From: Octopus bimaculoides
Taxonomy: Eukaryota
Reading direction: 5' to 3'
Assembly (NCBI RefSeq): GCF_001194135.2
Contig: NC_068983.1
Span: 59,398,415 to 59,460,159 of the forward strand
Length of the DNA stretch: 61,745 nt
Position numbers and translations under genes: made by a program. This document shows positions 1 to 12,226 of the stretch, piece after piece (the stretch's first letter is position 1; the number at the start of each line of letters is the position of its first letter). The notes under the pieces are model-generated. The model did no database searches. It saw only the letters and a list, made by a program, of their open reading frames with translations, and was not told the origin of the DNA.

Positions 1-180
1 TCTCTCTCTCTCTCTATCTCTCTCTCTTTACTGGTATCTGTATATCTGTCTGCCCGCATCTTGCTCTCTCTCTCACTCTCTCCTTCTCTCTCTCAATTTG
101 TCTCTGCATTTCTCTATTTGATTAAAACCATTCCATACCTCTTCTAATATCACCTACTCTTACTTCTCCCTCTCTCTCTG

Positions 181-217
<37 letters not shown>

Positions 218-397
218 CTTGCTTACCACATCTCTTTCCTTCTCTCTGATTGTATATATTTCCATATGCTCTCTGCTCTTCCTCCTCTCACTCTCTCACT
301 CTCTCTCTCTCTTTCATTCGACATTCTCATTACTTCTCTCTTTGTTTCTCCAGTTCTTCAATACTCCATATCTCTCTTCACATCACCTGCTTATTTG

Positions 398-428
<31 letters not shown>

Positions 429-650
429 TTCTCTCGCTCTTTCTCTCTCTCTCACACACACATTCTCTCGCTCTTTCTCTCTCTGATATACTGCTATTCA
501 TTTCATCAACCCTCTCTCTCTCCCCCTCCTTCCTCTATGTTGACACTGTTCTCTTCTTTCAATCACCATACTCCAATATTTTATACCGTACTAAACACCT
601 TGCTATCATGCTCAAGCTTCTAATAATCTCTTTTCATGATTGTGTGTAAA
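1..650. repeat. (CT)n/(CA)n compound microsatellite region
   Basis: Degenerate TC and CA dinucleotide runs; the overlapping SLSL/HTHT ORFs are repeat translations. Confidence 0.9.
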
Positions 651-677
651 ATATGCATGAATATGTGTTTTATGCAC

Positions 678-708
<31 letters not shown>

Positions 709-896
709 TGTGTGTGCGTGTGCATATGCATGTGCGTGTATGTTTCCATGTATGTATTATGTCATAAATATTTGTGTGTGTATGCATTCTTCACGCACAT
801 TTCACTATTTTGCGTATTGCAGTGTTTACAGATTTCGATTGCTACTATTTTACTTTAACTCTCGCAACTTGTTCAATTACTCACTGTCACACACAT

Positions 897-928
<32 letters not shown>

Positions 929-1154
929 TCACTTTCATTCCCTTCTTTTACGATAACAACATCTGTACTCAACTAAAGCTATCATTAGATCTAGTTGAGG
1001 GGAGGGGCTCATACATAGTTTCTCAACCTGCTCAATGCAAACATACCAAGGAGCATGTATGCACTTGCTTGATTTGTCGTAAATAGCAGCCAAAATATTT
1101 CCCTTAGACCACACTGTACCCAGCGCTTTCATACACACACACACACGCATATAA

Positions 1155-1575
1155 TTCTTTTATTCTTTTACTTGTTTCAGTCATTTGACTGTGGCCATGC
1201 AAGAGCACCGCCTTCAGTTGAACAAATTGACCCCAGGATTTATTCTTTGTAAGCGCACAACTTAATCTATCGGTCTCTCTTGCCAAATGGCTTAGTTATG
1301 AGGACATAAACACACCAACACCGGTTGTCAAGCAAATGTAAGAGGGACAAATACAGACACACAAACACATACATATATACTCACACACAGACACACACAC
1401 ACACACACACACACATACACACAAGCTTCTTTCAGTTTCTGTCTACCAAATCCACTCACAAGGCTTTGGTTGGCCCAAGGCTATAGCAGAAGACACTCGC
1501 CCAAGGTGCCCTGCCGTGGGACTGAACCCAGAACTATGTGGTTTGGAAGCAAGCTTCTTACCACACAGCCACACC
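1155..1575 (-). mobile_element. SINE family A (tRNA-like head, internal (TG)n, CAGTCAAATGACTG tail), near full length
   Basis: Reverse complement matches the copies at 19822-20297 and 29028-29450 from head (gtggctgtgtggtaagaagcttgcttcc) to tail (gcatggccacagtcaaatgactgaaacaagtaaaaga). Confidence 0.85.
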
Positions 1576-1579
1576 AGAC

Positions 1580-1725
1580 AACGGTAACTTCTGCCTACCA
1601 AATCCACTCACAAGGCTTTGGTCGGCCAAAGGTTATAGCAGAAGACACTTGCCCAAGGTGCCACATGGTGGGACTGAACCCAGAACCATGTGGTTGAGAA
1701 GCAGATTTCCTAACCATGCAGCCAT
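1580..1725 (-). mobile_element. SINE family A, second 5' half in tandem
   Basis: Repeats 1440-1570 (ccaaatccactcacaaggctttggt...gggactgaacccagaac). Confidence 0.8.
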
Positions 1726-1874
1726 ACTATTTCAACAAAAACATAAATAAAGTAGTTCCTGGTTGTCTATGCATGAAGCAAAGGCAGGATTGTCATGGTT
1801 AGAAGACCTTTGATTATAACTGCTTATTCAGTGCAAACATGGGCTTAAACAACAACTTGTTCAACATTAAAAGT

Positions 1875-2095
1875 ACTGGGAGGGCAGCAAGATGGCAGAA
1901 TCATTAACACACCAGGCAAAATACTTAGTGACATTACATCTATCTTTGTGTTCTGGGTTCAACTTGCACCAGGGTCAACTTTGCATTCCATCCTTTTAGG
2001 GTTGATAAAATAAGCACCAGTTGAGCACTGGAGTCAATGTAATCAATTTACCTCACCCCCAAAGTTGCTGGCATGGTGTCAAAATTTGAAATCAC
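1875..2095 (+). mobile_element. SINE family B (tRNA-like head; central actttgcctttcatcc...ggggtcgataaa...agtaccag block, possibly Meta/MESC-domain-like)
   Basis: Same block recurs at more than 15 positions in the window; the domain name is recalled, not searched. Confidence 0.75.
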
Positions 2096-2729
2096 AGTTA
2101 ATGGTGCTGGGTAAAATTCAAAAATGGTTACACAGCAGGCAGCATTCTGCTCCTTAAATAATAAAAAAAGAAATTCTTTGACAGCTTGGAAAAATAAGCA
2201 GTCATTTATGTAACCCTAGATACACCCACCACCACCACTGCTGCCACAAATTGATCGGCCAAACAGCAGTTTACTCAGTATAGCAATCAATGTCAAAATT
2301 TCGCTCCCTTAAAATGAAACTCCCAACAATGCTTAAAATGACAATCATGTCTGATTCAGTCTCAAATATCAGGATAGTGTACCACACAAGGGAGATGGCA
2401 AAATTATGACTGGAATACCATTGGCCTGTGGAAGTTCAATGTCAGCTGATGCACTGGACATCTTAGATTTGCATACCAAAGAAAAATAATGGATTGGTTG
2501 TTTCTTTGTAAGTATCCGTAGAAACCCTATTTATGCAACTCATCTTTCAACCCAACCTCTCCCCTTTTCCCAATAACCCCTATCACTAATCCTTCTCCCT
2601 CCCTTGTTCTCTACCATGCTCCTCCCCATCCTCTCCTCTTCTATTTCATCTTTCATCTCTCTACCTTGCTTAGAATCCTTATCCGTGCAGTTCTTTCTCC
2701 TTCAGTTACAGAGACCACTTTTAGACCCT

Positions 2730-2950
2730 TAGCCTTGCAAGGCATGAAGGAATCCTCACAAATGCTAGTACTAGTGTTAAAGAGGAAATAAAATAAACAC
2801 CCAATACACTTTATGAAAAGAATGGCACGAGGAAGAACATCCTGCCATAGAAACCGATTCAAAGTAGACATTGGAGCAAAATGCATCCTATCATCACATC
2901 AGAGCCTGTCCAACCCATGCCGGCATAGAAGATGGACATCAAATGATGCT
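2730..2950 (+). mobile_element. Family C repeat (RTE-3'-end-like, ggaagggcatccagctgtagaaacc ... cccatgccagcatgga ... (GAT)n)
   Basis: gaagaacatcctgccatagaaacc and tccaacccatgccggcatagaagatggacatcaaatgatg match the other copies. Confidence 0.7.
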
Positions 2951-3289
2951 TGACAAAACACAAATGTTATATGGCTACAAAAAAAAAAAAAAAAGTGACA
3001 GCAATAACTACAACTAAAGCAACAACATTCAATATACACGACTCTACTTTCTTGTGGAGTTGGGTATCATCAGAAAACAAGCAGAAAGGCAATTAACCCT
3101 TCCTTCAGGCTAGAGTGGAGATTACAGAGGAAGGGGTAGGAGAGAATGATTAATTCTCTGCTGCAGGGCAAACAGTGGCATTGTACAGTTAATGATTGTT
3201 TCACTGGTAAATAGTAGCAAGTTTCAAAGTATCCAGATGACAAACACATGCGAAAAATGATGTTCAAAGAGAAACACTCTAGCAGCAGC

Positions 3290-3720
3290 AGCATCATCAT
3301 CATCAGATGCATTAGCTTTCTAGGCGTGCTGACATGGGACGGATGGTTCAACAGGATCCAACAGTCAAAGGGGTTATGTCTTCTTCCAGCATGATTTCTA
3401 AGGTTGGATGCCCTTCCTAATAGCAACCACTTTACAGAGAGTCCCAGGTATTTTTCTCTTGACACCGGTACTAGTGGTGAGGTTACTTTAAATGAGAAGA
3501 AGGATGGGAAGTAGGGTGGTTGCTGTATTTGAGATGCTGAGGAGTTTAAGTTTGAGGTGTGAAACAAGAAGAGGCTTAATGCTGTGGAGGCAATTTATAG
3601 CTACCTCACATTTTATATGGATGGATGAAAATGACTGGATTGGTGCCAGGAAGAGAGATAAAGATGGTGGTGACAAGGTGCCAGAATGCACCCTCAAGGC
3701 AACATAACTAAGAAGGTGAA
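3290..3720 (-). mobile_element. Family C repeat with extended 5' part
   Basis: catcatcatcag...ggttggatgcccttcctaatagcaaccactttacagag, followed by atagctacctcac shared with 35100-35125. Confidence 0.7.
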
Positions 3721-3724
3721 AGTA

Positions 3725-3875
3725 AAAGATATCTAGAAACAAGGTTGGTGTCAGGAAGGGCATCCAGCTGTAGAAACCATGCCACAACAGACAATTGGGA
3801 ATCTGGACAGGGAGCTGTCCAAACCATGCCAGCATGGTAAACAGACGTTAAACAATGAAGATGATGATGAGGAGG
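3725..3875 (+). mobile_element. Family C repeat, 3' part
   Basis: ggttggtgtcaggaagggcatccagctgtagaaaccatgcc...ccatgccagcatggtaaacagacgttaaacaatgaagatgatg. Confidence 0.8.
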
Positions 3876-4686
3876 AGGAGGAAGAGGAGGTTAGATGTAT
3901 GTAAAGAGTTAATGTAGTGAATGGTGAAGCAAAATTACTAGAATAAAAAACCCATTAAACCCATTAACAGTAATATAATCATCAAGTCTGCTTTTATTTC
4001 CTGAATCTGTCTCAACCAATTTGAGTTCCATTCAGAACAACACACATGCATATAACGATTAATAACTTAGCACATCTGCAGTACATCCTCCAATGATTAA
4101 ACTAATAAATGCCAACAGAACAACAGAAAATGTCACAGAATCTATAACTACCATTAGTAACTAATGGTACTACAAGAGACTTAGTAGCAATTAATAGTAA
4201 ATCACCAAATTGTGGCTGGATAATACATCTAAGCTACATATTCTGGTAATATGCAATAAGGTAGCTGGTAATACTAAATTTTGGTTACAAATAGAGCATT
4301 TATGAAGTTGGTAAAATGAATGTAAAGATTGTGGTCACATAAGAATGCGAATAGCCAGCAAGTAGGAGAAATTCATTTTCTGCCAAAATAATTCTTGAAG
4401 CATGTTTAAATTATTAAAAGGTAGCCCCAAAAGTACACTTGCCAGAATATACTAATATAGGCTTTATACTAATATACTAATATATTAATATCAGACAGGT
4501 TCACAACCAAGGAATTAGTAACAGATTTCAAACAATTTTATTGAAACATTAGATGTAGACAAAGTTTTTGTGAACAAAACTTTTGGTGTCAGAACCAAAG
4601 GAACTTCTATATAGTTATTCAATATATTCAGATCCTCTTTTCAATGAACTCTACTCTTACCAAATTAGGAACACATACTTTTAGAT

Positions 4687-5097
4687 CAGTCTTTCTCAAG
4701 GTGGTGTGCATGCCCTGCCAGTGGGGAAATAAACACAGAAATCCTCTCGTTAGCCATAGAGATCAGACTTCTCATAGTTTTAGCACCTTTAAAGTTTGAA
4801 GACTAAATTCCATAGTATTCCCCCTCTGGTTGCACTAGTGATACAAGAAATATCACCAGCATGATGGACAGACAAGGACTAAAAGTGAAGGACAACAGCA
4901 TACAAATGACATAGAAGAGCACAGACAGAAACAATGAATACAGTTGGGCTTCTTTCAGTTCCTGTGTATGAAATCCACTGACAATGTTTTGGTCAACCTG
5001 GGGTTATAGTAGAAGACACTTGTTTGAGGTATCACATAGTGGGACAGAACCTGAAACCATGTGGTTGGGAAGCATACATCATAAGCATACAGCCATG

Positions 5098-5138
<41 letters not shown>

Positions 5139-5249
5139 ATGCATGCACACATGTGCATGTGTGTATACACTAAATCTGTTCATGGTTGATGTATATTTCT
5201 TTTGAAGAATCAAAGTGGGGCATAGGACATAAAAGTTTGAGAAACATTG
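4687..5249. mobile_element. Non-autonomous hAT-type DNA transposon with 13-bp TIR and 8-bp TSD
   Basis: Left end CAGTCTTTCTCAA; right end TTGAGAAACATTG (reverse complement CAATGTTTCTCAA). Flanks are TTTTAGAT (4679-4686) and CTTTAGAT (5250-5257). An 8-bp TSD with CAG-type termini is typical of hAT/Charlie. Confidence 0.7.
4960..5100 (-). mobile_element. SINE family A 5' half nested in the hAT element
   Basis: gggcttctttcagttcc...gaagacacttg...gggacagaacctgaaaccatgtggttgggaagc. Confidence 0.75.
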
Positions 5250-7118
5250 CTTTAGATCTATCATTTATGGACAATATACAGACACGCAATGCAGTTGCGA
5301 GAACTGTTAATTTACTATCACCATATCATAGGCCTACATCGTTATTTGGGTTTCTGTCCCTATAGGTATTAATAGACCACACTGTTGCAAAGACCAGACC
5401 TATCTTTTATTTGCTCTTTTACTGTCTTATTTTGTATTGCTACATCAGAATTATCAATAACTGCTCACCCATATTCTTCAATGAACACCTGTCCAAGCTG
5501 TTAAAATCAGTCATGCATTAATAAAGGTAGTCACGCAGTGTTGATTTGTTATTGAAGTATATGACCTCAGATTTATTATAAAGAGTGGAGTAAAAATGAG
5601 AAACTGATGTTCATGAATTCATTAAAGTAATTAGAGATGTATGTAAGGCAAAAATAGTCACAATGACAAAACAGTGAAATTGTGAACTTAACTCATAAAT
5701 CAATCACCACTAGTACAGCTTGGTGTTCATGCAGGAATGTTAATTTGAAGGTCGTTGAGTTAACACTAAACACTTGTTTCCAAGTTGCTACCAGCACCAG
5801 TAGATACAAAACGGTTAAGTATATGCAGTACCAGATGAATCACAAGATTTTATCAAACCAGTTTATGTAAAACATCTAGTTATGCTCTCTGCCATTGGAG
5901 CAACCTTCTGATATGCAGCTATAACTTTCAAAGCCATGAATGTTCCACTATAACAATCCAATCTTTGTCCCTATTGCTATATATATAATGATAAATATCA
6001 AAGAATGGAGTTAGCAAATCATTTTAATATTTCATTTACAATTGTTTCATCAATATTTAATATAACCAATTTTGCATAATGTCGTAACCATGTCAGCAAA
6101 GTATTGATTAATTTCCATGTGCTATGTAGGATTTCTTTTACAGTACATGGTGAAAATAATTCCTCAGAACTCTGTAAAACCAAAATAAAAAATAGAAGTG
6201 TGTTGATTGATCTTGCTATCTAGCAATTAAGTGGTAACAAGGAAAAGCTTCCTAATTTTCACTTTTCGAATAGCCGATATTTGTAGAAGTGTTGCTTGTG
6301 GTAAAAACCAGGGATTATATACCCCCATATAAGTCTAATACATTTCATATCCTGAAGGGGAAACTGAAACCCTTAAGAAATTGGTTCCAGATAAGGTGCA
6401 AAAAAATCTTTAAAATATAATACTGACACATAGTCATGTTCTCATAAAACATAAGTGCTTCCCATACATATGAATATATGTGTGTGTATGCATGTGTGTT
6501 AATATAGTATTGTTTACATATGAAACAAAACTGAAGAAAATATGTCATGGTTTTCCTTAGAACACCAACCGATGTTAACTAACTTTGTTATAACTACAAA
6601 ATTACCAGTTAAACATTATCAAAATGCAGCAATAATGCTAAAGCTTAAAATAATCGTATAACCATTTTGTTGAGCAAAATTAAAATAACTTTGGAAACAC
6701 TAACACAAACATTAACACCATGTTGATTTTTCATGGTTCTATGTTGGATATCACTTTCCTAGCATCTAAGCAGAATAATAATGATTGTATCAATATCATG
6801 CCATTACTGTGAAATTTGAATATGACTTGTTTCTTGGAGTCAAATAAAATCACTGACTTGATTACATTATGCCGGAGCATGATTTCTTTCATCGTAAGAA
6901 GCTTGGGTACACAGACTGCAACAATTAATTCTTGACTGAGATAGACATTACCTGTGTTAAGCAGCTTTCTAGTTGTTTCACTTTGCTATTGCTGAATGGA
7001 AAGATTGGCAGGATTAAAACTAAGGTGTGTTGATATGTAACTTGATAGCAAGTGGATATAAGAAGACAGAGGGGGGAAAAGATGGAGCAGTAATCTTCTG
7101 AATAAAGAACTAGATTTA

Positions 7119-7270
7119 TAGGCACAGGTAAGGTTGTGTGGTTAAGTAGTTTGCTTACCAACCATGTCATTCTGAGGTCCTCTACTATAGCTCCTGGTTG
7201 GACAAAGCCTCGTGAGTAGATAAGGGAGATGGAAACTAAAAGAAGCCCTTTATGTGTATATGCATGTTTA
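7119..7270 (+). mobile_element. SINE family A 5' half
   Basis: ataggcacaggtaaggttgtgtggttaagtagtttgcttaccaacc...gatggaaactaaaagaagccc. Confidence 0.75.
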
Positions 7271-7318
7271 TATATATATATATCATCTCTCTCATCATTT
7301 AATAGCCAGTGCGTGTAC

Positions 7319-7359
<41 letters not shown>

Positions 7360-7362
7360 TAA

Positions 7363-7527
7363 TGGGCTTCAGTACAGTTTCTATTTACCAAATTTCTTTC
7401 ACAAAGCATTGGTCTGCTGAAAGCCATGGCAGAAGATACTTGCTCACAATGCCATACAAAAGGATTGAAAATGAAACCACATGGTCGTAAAGTAAAATTC
7501 TGAACCACACAGCCATGACTGCACCTT
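7363..7527 (-). mobile_element. SINE family A 5' half (inverted relative to 7119-7270)
   Basis: gggcttcagtacagtttctatttacc...gaagatacttgctcac...aaccacacagccatgactgcacc. Confidence 0.7.
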
Positions 7528-7851
7528 AACAATGACAGGAATAAATCATTTGATTATTCAGCTAAACAGATACAGTCATTCCATTGGTTTCAGGCAAAAA
7601 TCATTTCCATGATAGGAAACTTTGGATCTCCACAAAACCTGTCCATGTTCTGGATTACATTTGAATTATGTAAAACATCTAGAAATTCTTTTTTTTCCCC
7701 CTTCACCATCTACATAAGCTTTCGTTGTATGGGAACAGTCACTGTCTCGGAAATGATAATGCATTATTAACATTATCATTTCTTCCAATCCTATGAATGT
7801 TCCAACACAATGCCAAACATATTTTCATTGGTGTATGTGTACATATGTATG

Positions 7852-7890
<39 letters not shown>

Positions 7891-8300
7891 AGTATAGTGG
7901 GTGCATATCAATATGTTTGAGTCATTGTAAACATTACAATATCTCAGAAGCATAACAAACATCATTTTGAATTCTTTGTCTCCTTTTCCACCTAATACAG
8001 GGGATATATGAAACATGTAATACAACACAGAAATAGTCAACATCATCTCGATTTCTTAATGTTCAATTTTCCAAGCTTGCATGGGTTTGACCAAATATGT
8101 TGAAGCAAAATGTCTACAACTCTTCCTGGCACCAATTCTCACCAATTTCCAAGTAAGACAATATTTCCTTATGTTTCCACAGAAGACAGGATACAAACAA
8201 TACTGCTTGTGTGACAATGATGTTTGTTCACAACTATTTCGCAACGTTAACCTGCACCTCTCCTACACACACACACATATATTCAAATGTATGTGTATAT

Positions 8301-8555
8301 AAGAAGTTGCAAATGCACTTGGAGTCTTTTAGACGATATATTTCAAAAGGTTTAACTGTTTTCATAGATTTTTCTGAACTTCAAAATTTGAGATAGAAAA
8401 GACATGGGGCTGTGTGGCAACAGTCTTGCTTCTCAGATGAGGCACAGCCCCATGTCTTTCAGTTTCAACTTAGGAAAATGAGACAAATCTGTGAAACTCG
8501 TTAAGCCTTTAAAAACGAACCATCTAAAGGACTCCCAGTGCATTTTCAAATTCTT
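8301..8555. mobile_element. Fold-back/MITE-like element, about 114-bp inverted arms with 28-nt spacer
   Basis: Manual alignment of 8301-8414 to the reverse complement of 8443-8555 gives about 87/114 identities; the innermost 17 bp are perfect (aaagacatggggctgtg / cacagccccatgtcttt). Confidence 0.8.
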
Positions 8556-8609
8556 TTTTCTATATTTTGACCCATGTGCAATAGAATAACTGTTTTATTC
8601 TTCTATGCT

Positions 8610-8810
8610 TTTATTCTTTTACTCATTTCAGTCATTTGCTGGGGCGATGCTGGAGCACCGCCTTTAGTCGAACAAATCAATCCCAAGACTTTTTCTTTGT
8701 AAGTCTAGAACTTATTCTGTCAGTCTCTTTTGCCAAACCGCTAAGTTACGGGTACATAAACACATCAACATCAGTTGTCAAGTGATGGAGGGGGGACAAA
8801 CGCAGACACA
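8610..8810 (-). mobile_element. SINE family A 3' half
   Basis: tttcagtcatttgc...gctggagcaccgcctttagtcgaacaaatc...gggggacaaacgcagac. Confidence 0.8.
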
Positions 8811-8817
8811 CACAAAT

Positions 8818-8863
<46 letters not shown>

Positions 8864-9489
8864 CAATAAGAAAATGGAAGGGAATATGTGGTATCCATTA
8901 ACTTGCAGACATTATATTATGTCAATTTACCTGTTTAGTTTTCAACTAAGAGGACAATAAAAACAATATACAAACACATGTGACATATTATGTCATATTA
9001 GCAATTAAAAAGGACATCTAGTGACTGAAGATGGGACAGTGTCTTACAGCTGTTTCAGTGTAGGGGAGACAATATCTCATTCTATCTATATAACTCCAGT
9101 AGGCTGGAGTAATTGATAGATGAAATGGATGAAATAGATAAGCACAAGATAAAATTACTATCTGCTTTTATAGCAAATTGATGCAGGTAGTTTATCTTGT
9201 CCCCTTCCAACTTTTAGTTCATGCAATTGAAAAAACTGCGTTATTTATGGGATGACCTAATACCTTCCTAACTGCCCCCTTCCAACCTGCCCCCTTCCAA
9301 CCTGCGCTCAATCATCCACTTTTACAAACTTACCTGTCCACTCATTTGATGTAATTCTATGTACGATTTCACTTATATACACCTCGCTGTCACTTAAGGG
9401 TATCCCCACAAGACATGTTCTTCCCCATCTCTCTCTTTGTTTCTCTCTCATTTTCCAACTAGTGTAGTCATGTACCCTCTCTACAACAA

Positions 9490-9790
9490 GACACATGTTT
9501 CTGTCCCTCTATCATTTTGTAACCTCTCATCACCAGGCACAAAGCCACCTTCCTCAGTTCTATTCCCTGCTCAGTTGAAAGTCATGCTTTGCAAGTTACA
9601 TGACAATATTCCTGATGTTGATGTCAAGTAAAAAGCATCCAGTACACTCTGTAAAGTGGCTGGCATTAGGGAGAGCATCCAGCTGGAGAAACCATGCCAC
9701 AGCAGACATCAGAACTTGGCACAGTCTTCTGCCTCGCTAGCTCCAACGCATGCCAGCATAGAAGACAGATGTTAAATGAGGATAATGATA
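9490..9790 (+). mobile_element. Family C repeat
   Basis: aaaaagcatccagtacactctgtaaagtggctggcattagggagagcatccagctggagaaacc...gcatgccagcatagaagacagatgttaaatgag. Confidence 0.75.
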
Positions 9791-9792
9791 TG

Positions 9793-9824
<32 letters not shown>

Positions 9825-11684
9825 NNNNNNNNNNNNNNNNNNNNNNNNNNNNNNNNNNNNNNNNNNNNNNNNNNNNNNNNNNNNNNNNNNNNNNNNNNNN
9901 NNNNNNNNNNNNNNNNNNNNNNNNNNNNNNNNNNNNNNNNNNNNNNNNNNNNNNNNNNNNNNNNNNNNNNNNNNNNNNNNNNNNNNNNNNNNNNNNNNNN
10001 NNNNNNNNNNNNNNNNNNNNNNNNNNNNNNNNNNNNNNNNNNNNNNNNNNNNNNNNNNNNNNNNNNNNNNNNNNNNNNNNNNNNNNNNNNNNNNNNNNNN
10101 NNNNNNNNNNNNNNNNNNNNNNNNNNNNNNNNNNNNNNNNNNNNNNNNNNNNNNNNNNNNNNNNNNNNNNNNNNNNNNNNNNNNNNNNNNNNNNNNNNNN
10201 NNNNNNNNNNNNNNNNNNNNNNNNNNNNNNNNNNNNNNNNNNNNNNNNNNNNNNNNNNNNNNNNNNNNNNNNNNNNNNNNNNNNNNNNNNNNNNNNNNNN
10301 NNNNNNNNNNNNNNNNNNNNNNNNNNNNNNNNNNNNNNNNNNNNNNNNNNNNNNNNNNNNNNNNNNNNNNNNNNNNNNNNNNNNNNNNNNNNNNNNNNNN
10401 NNNNNNNNNNNNNNNNNNNNNNNNNNNNNNNNNNNNNNNNNNNNNNNNNNNNNNNNNNNNNNNNNNNNNNNNNNNNNNNNNNNNNNNNNNNNNNNNNNNN
10501 NNNNNNNNNNNNNNNNNNNNNNNNNNNNNNNNNNNNNNNNNNNNNNNNNNNNNNNNNNNNNNNNNNNNNNNNNNNNNNNNNNNNNNNNNNNNNNNNNNNN
10601 NNNNNNNNTATATAGATATATTTATAGGACTACATTATCCAGCATGTACTTCCTTTCATATTTTTGTCAGGATGTGTGATGAGGGAGCTTTAGTTTCTAT
10701 TTTTAGTGAGGCAAGGAATCATTTGGTAGCTTTCTTATTGATTCAGTGATGACAATGATGATAAATGCAGTGAAGGTTATGATGGTGATGTGGTAGATTT
10801 TTTAAGTGGTGAATATCTTTTTTGCACACATTATTTGGTGAAGAAGACAAAGGAAGATATTGTCAGAGAGAATGACAAAGAGAACCAGAGAGAAAGAGAG
10901 AAAGAGAGAAAGAGATAAAGAGATAAAGAGATAAAGAGAAGGATGTAAGGTTAATGCTGATGGAAAACATATGAAACATTAAAAACCTAACATACCTCCA
11001 GCAGTTTTATATACCAGAAGTGTATGTATGAGAAAGAGAGATAGAGAGTAACTAGTAATCACATAGTCCCTCTCTCTCTCTCTCTCTCACACACATATAC
11101 ACACACACACAGGTGTAGACAATCTATTTCACATTCACAGCTGAATACATAGTCAAATATTGAACGTCTATATTTTCAGATTGATGTTTTGTAATCAGCA
11201 GTATCTATTAATGGGTGATTAAACTTATTGATTTCTGAGACAGAGGAGCTGGGTATCAAAATTGTGATGTTCATACCCTTACCAAGAGTAATAACATTAA
11301 AATCAAAACAAAACAAAAAAGATGGGTTTAACTGGGAATGAAATTTGGATCTCTTCATATGAAGATTACAGGGTGTTTGTGGCTATTCTATGTCACTCCC
11401 CATAGAATTAAGGATGTGATTGCATGTCTCAAACTCTCAGTATAGGCTGTGGGTGTCATTCACTGCCAGCCTAGAAATTGAAACTATGACCTTTTGATCC
11501 TATGTCCAGCACCCTAACCACTAAGCCACCACCTTCACACACACCACATATAAATGTATCTATTATTGTAGCTACTTAATCTTAATTTAAGGGCTAATCT
11601 AAGCAGTCAAGGGTCGTGACGTCATTTTGGAGTAAGTAGTTAGCATAGCTACATGGTCTACAGCAGATGCCATGTTCAAATTCT

Positions 11685-11920
11685 ATAAGGAGTGGCTATG
11701 TGGTAAGATGTTAGCTTCTCAACCACATGGTTCCAGGTTTTATGCCATTGTGTGGCACATTGGGCAAGTGCCTACTGTACTCCTGGGCTGACCAAAGCCT
11801 TGTGAGTGGATTTAGTAGATGGAAAGTGAAAGAAGCCTGTCATGTGTGTGTGTGTGTGTGTGTGCATGCATTTGTCCACCTCCACCACCACCACTAGACA
11901 ATCAGTGTTGGTGTATTTAT
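11685..11920 (+). mobile_element. SINE family A, 3'-truncated where the LINE fragment begins
   Basis: ggagtggctatgtggtaagatg...gaccaaagccttgtgagtggatttagtagatggaaagtgaaagaagcc...gtgttggtgtatttat. Confidence 0.8.
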
Positions 11921-12226
11921 GCTAGAACGGGACGACGACACTGCATAGTGCCAAAGATCCCAGCAATGCCATCGCGCTTCAGGACCAGTTACTGCAACAG
12001 TTTGGGTTTCAGGGGCCCACAGCTTTTTAATATTCTCCCAAAGAGCCTGAGGAACCTGCACAAAATAGATGTAGGGGTTTTTAAATCAAAGCTGGACCTC
12101 TTCCTGTCGAGAGACCCAGATGAACCTACCTCGCGGCAGGAGGTGCAAATGAGGGTTGCTAAATCAAACTCTATTCTTCACCAAGTGCCACAAATTGTAA
12201 GATGCTCCCTGTAATAACAGTGTAGC
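11921..12226 (+). mobile_element. 3' end of a CR1/L2-group LINE ORF2 (C-terminus and start of 3' UTR; the rest is in the gap)
   Basis: Translation RTGRRHCIVPKIP...SYCNSLGFRGPQLFNILPKSLRNL...FKSKLDLFLSRDPDEPT...RVAKSNSILHQ resembles the conserved CR1-group ORF2 C-terminus (G.RLFNxLP..LR...FK.KLD.FL..VPD.P...SNS). CpGs are retained. Confidence 0.75.

Noticed and set aside
6349-6380. Hammerhead-like cctgaagggggaaactgaaaccc
   Set aside because: Core A9 is missing and stems I and III do not form.
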